DNA of 32,000 bases from Methanothermobacter marburgensis str. Marburg. GTDB taxonomy: Archaea; Methanobacteriota; Methanobacteria; Methanobacteriales; Methanothermobacteraceae. Below are positions 29,543 to 32,000 of the stretch, piece after piece. The notes below the pieces were generated by a model, which had not been told where the DNA came from, searched no databases, and saw only the letters and a program-made list of their open reading frames with translations. Every line of letters begins with the position of its first letter. Within the stretch, counting starts at the first letter, position 1. The stretch lies in the NCBI RefSeq assembly GCF_000145295.1, contig NC_014408.1:120001-152000 (forward strand), written 5' to 3'. A program made the translations under genes and the position numbers.

Positions 29543-30351
29543 GTGAAATAATATTAACTCCAAAGGAACAGCCTGAAGTGCCACTGGAGGCACCCAACAT
29601 CAAACCCGATGTATTCGCAGGAAAGTCAATAGACGAGATCAAAAACATCCAGATAATGTATGGTAACGAGGTCGTTAAACTGGGAGACTTCTTCGAGGTC
29701 AGCGGAGAACCAGCAGACGCAGCATCAGACATCAAGATCATCATCGACGGCGACGTATACAACACCAAGAGGATAGGCCAGGAGATGACAGCCGGCGAAA
29801 TCCTGGTGAAGGGTAACGTGAACATGTACGTCGGAGCCGGTATGAAAGGCGGCAGGATCACAGTTGAAGGCAACGCAGCCTCATGGGCCGGACAGGACAT
29901 GAGGGGAGGAGAACTTGAAATCCTTGGAAATGCGGCTGACTACGTTGGATCATCCTACCGTGGTGACTGGAGAGGTATGAGTGGTGGCGTCATAACAGTC
30001 CATGGAAACGCCGGAAACGAGATCGGAGAGTACATGAACGGCGGTAAGATCATCATCAAGGGCGACGTCAACATAATGCCTGGCATACACATGAACAACG
30101 GTCTCATAATCATCGAGGGCAACGCCGTTGCAAGGGTCGGCGGTGAAATGGCCGGCGGAACAATAATCGTAAAGGGAATGATACAGGAATTCCTTCCAGG
30201 ATTCAAGTACCTTGGTGTTGAAAAGGACATAGAGGTTAACGGGGAAACCTTCCCTGGAGCATTCTACAAGTTTGAAGGAGATCACGCAATTAAGGGAGCT
30301 AAGGGTATAGTCTATGCGGCTGTCGGATGCAACGGCCACATAGAACCCTAA
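29539..30351 (+). CDS. fwdC: Formylmethanofuran dehydrogenase subunit C (glutamate-synthase-C-like beta-helix)
   Basis: A 270-aa ORF with repeated G-x-x-G-x-x-M-x-G-G beta-helix turns (GNVNMYVGAGMKGGRITVEGNA...). Its start overlaps the fwdA stop (ATGA). Confidence 0.92.
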   Translation: MSEIILTPKEQPEVPLEAPNIKPDVFAGKSIDEIKNIQIMYGNEVVKLGDFFEVSGEPADAASDIKIIIDGDVYNTKRIGQEMTAGEILVKGNVNMYVGAGMKGGRITVEGNAASWAGQDMRGGELEILGNAADYVGSSYRGDWRGMSGGVITVHGNAGNEIGEYMNGGKIIIKGDVNIMPGIHMNNGLIIIEGNAVARVGGEMAGGTIIVKGMIQEFLPGFKYLGVEKDIEVNGETFPGAFYKFEGDHAIKGAKGIVYAAVGCNGHIEP

Positions 30352-30366
30352 CTGGAGGTAATTATC

Positions 30367-31665
30367 ATGGAATACGTGAAAAATGTGGTCTGCCCCTTCT
30401 GCGGAACCCTCTGTGATGATATCATCTGTAAGGTTGAGGACAACGAGATTGTCGGAACCATCAATGCATGCAGGATAGGTCACAGCAAGTTCGTGCATGC
30501 AGAGGGTGCAGTGAGGTACAAAAAACCACTCATAAGGAAGAATGGCGAATTCGTCGAGGTAAGCTACGATGAGGCCATAGACAAGGCTGCAAAGATTCTT
30601 GCAGAATCAAAGAGACCACTCATGTACGGGTGGAGCTGTACAGAGTGTGAAGCACAGGCTGTTGGAGTTGAACTTGCAGAGGAGGCCGGTGCAGTAATCG
30701 ATAACACAGCATCAGTCTGTCACGGACCATCAGTCCTTGCCCTCCAGGACGTGGGTTATCCTATCTGTACCTTCGGTGAGGTCAAAAACAGGGCTGACGT
30801 GGTGGTCTACTGGGGATGCAACCCCATGCACGCCCACCCAAGGCACATGTCAAGGAACGTATTTGCCCGCGGATTCTTCAGGGAAAGGGGAAGATCAGAC
30901 AGGACACTCATAGTCGTTGATCCGAGGAAAACTGACAGCGCAAAGCTTGCAGACATACACCTCCAGCTGGACTTTGACCGTGACTATGAACTTCTCGATG
31001 CAATGAGGGCATACCTCCTTGGAAACGAGATACTCTACGATGAGGTTGCAGGTGTACCAAGGGAGCAGATCGAAGAGGCTGTTGAGGTGCTCAAAAAGGC
31101 ACAGTTCGGTATACTCTTCTTCGGTATGGGTATAACCCACAGCAGGGGTAAACACAGGAACATTGACACAGCCATTATGATGGTTGAGGACCTCAATGAC
31201 TATGCAAAATGGACACTCATACCCATGAGGGGACACTACAACGTTACAGGTTTCAACCAGGTCTGCACCTGGGAGAGCGGATACCCATACTGTGTTGACT
31301 TCTCAGAGGGGGAGCCAAGGTACAACCCAGGGGAGACCGGTGCAAACGACCTTCTCCAGAATAGGGAGGCCGATGCGATGATGGTCATAGCCTCTGACCC
31401 TGGTGCCCACTTCCCACAGAGGGCACTTGAGAGGATGGCTGAGATCCCGGTCATTGCAATCGAGCCCCACAGGACCCCCACAACCGAGCTGGCTGACATC
31501 ATAATTCCACCGGCCATCGTGGGTATGGAGGCTGAGGGTACAGCCTACCGTATGGAGGGTGTCCCCATAAGGATGAAGAAGGTTGTTGACTCAGACCTCC
31601 TCTCAGACAGGGAGATCCTGGAGAGACTCCTTGAAAAGGTGAGGGAATACAGGGCCTCAAAGTAA
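30367..31665 (+). CDS. fwdB: Tungsten formylmethanofuran dehydrogenase subunit B (tungstopterin catalytic subunit)
   Basis: A 432-aa ORF with the N-terminal cluster motif CPFCGTLCDDIIC and the active-site stretch NTASVCHGPSV (Cys-His pair). GGAGGT lies upstream of the ATG. Confidence 0.92.
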   Translation: MEYVKNVVCPFCGTLCDDIICKVEDNEIVGTINACRIGHSKFVHAEGAVRYKKPLIRKNGEFVEVSYDEAIDKAAKILAESKRPLMYGWSCTECEAQAVGVELAEEAGAVIDNTASVCHGPSVLALQDVGYPICTFGEVKNRADVVVYWGCNPMHAHPRHMSRNVFARGFFRERGRSDRTLIVVDPRKTDSAKLADIHLQLDFDRDYELLDAMRAYLLGNEILYDEVAGVPREQIEEAVEVLKKAQFGILFFGMGITHSRGKHRNIDTAIMMVEDLNDYAKWTLIPMRGHYNVTGFNQVCTWESGYPYCVDFSEGEPRYNPGETGANDLLQNREADAMMVIASDPGAHFPQRALERMAEIPVIAIEPHRTPTTELADIIIPPAIVGMEAEGTAYRMEGVPIRMKKVVDSDLLSDREILERLLEKVREYRASK

Positions 31666-31697
31666 TCAGGCCCTCCTATTTCTATTTATTTTAAAAC

Positions 31698-31794
31698 TTT
31701 TGATTTGGTTTCTGTTGATTTTTATGGGTACTTAAAGCACATTGAAATATTTCAGTGGTTCTGTTTTTGATCTGGTTTCTGTTCATGTTTAAGG
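31698..31794 (+). repeat. Two 30-nt imperfect direct repeats between fwdB and nifH
   Basis: TTTTGATTTGGTTTCTGTTGATTTTTATGG (31698-31727) and TTTTGATCTGGTTTCTGTTCATGTTTAAGG (31765-31794) match at 26 of 30 positions. A third partial core, TGGTTCTGTT, lies at 31756-31765. Confidence 0.7.
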
Positions 31795-31832
31795 ATATCT
31801 GAGCGCATAATTTTCAGCCATGTGCCGAAAAG

Positions 31833-31840
31833 TTTAAATA
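31833..31840 (+). promoter_or_regulatory. Candidate nifH TATA box
   Basis: TTTAAATA is preceded by the purine-rich GAAAAG (BRE-like). It lies about 70 nt upstream of the nifH ATG and about 35 nt upstream of the GGAA-N6-TTCC operator. Confidence 0.5.
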
Positions 31841-31872
31841 TGATACCCTCAAATAATAGAGTGTCGGAATAA

Positions 31873-31886
31873 GGAAGCATACTTCC
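31873..31886. promoter_or_regulatory. NrpR-type nitrogen operator GGAA-N6-TTCC
   Basis: GGAAGCATACTTCC is an exact match to the GGAA-N6-TTCC palindrome described for NrpR repression of nif and glnA in methanogens. Placed between the TATA box and the nifH start, it is where a repressor would block initiation. Confidence 0.6.
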
Positions 31887-31904
31887 GACTGAGATGGTGA
31901 TTGA

Positions 31905-32000
<96 letters not shown>

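Noticed and set aside
22827-31665. Possible in-frame UGA selenocysteine codons in the FdhA-like and FwdB catalytic subunits
   Set aside because: Both ORFs are uninterrupted and encode Cys at the position equivalent to Sec (HCARLCHAPS; ASVCHGPS). No UGA read-through or SECIS-like requirement is implied.

Overview
The window reads as a chromosomal segment of a thermophilic hydrogenotrophic methanogen of the Methanobacteriales, most like Methanothermobacter. This rests on the archaeal PolD large subunit, class I LysRS, Sec61-beta, nifH and the seven-gene tungsten formylmethanofuran dehydrogenase operon in the order fwdHFGDACB. All calls come from motif reading of the supplied translations and the DNA; no database search was possible.

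Gene order, left to right:
- P1B-ATPase 3' end (+), polD-DP2 (-), sec61-beta (+, missed by the ORF track) and purB (+)
- a three-fold-repeat membrane protein (+) and nrdD (+)
- a low-GC IS630-family insertion with the transposase split at an A7 run (+)
- a minus-strand string of a 367-aa unknown, a 169-aa CGSC (UGSC-family-like) protein and class I lysS
- thiC (-), a PfkB kinase (-), a ModE/LysR-like regulator (-) and phi (+)
- a pterin-enzyme island: fdhD (-), nuoE-like and nuoF-like (+), moaA and mobB (-), a NuoG-fused Cys-type fdhA-like gene (+), then fwdHFGDACB (+)
- the start of nifH (+), with a GGAA-N6-TTCC operator

No CRISPR array, rRNA or tRNA was seen.

The best candidate for an undescribed system is the bacterial-type NuoE/NuoF (HydBC/Bfu-like) plus NuoG-domain formate dehydrogenase module. 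It has dedicated maturation genes and palindromic candidate operators, and sits directly upstream of fwd. Secondary leads are the HTH-ferredoxin fusion FwdH with GTGTG/CACAC palindromes, the CGSC redox-protein pair, the IS630 recoding site and the direct repeats upstream of nifH.
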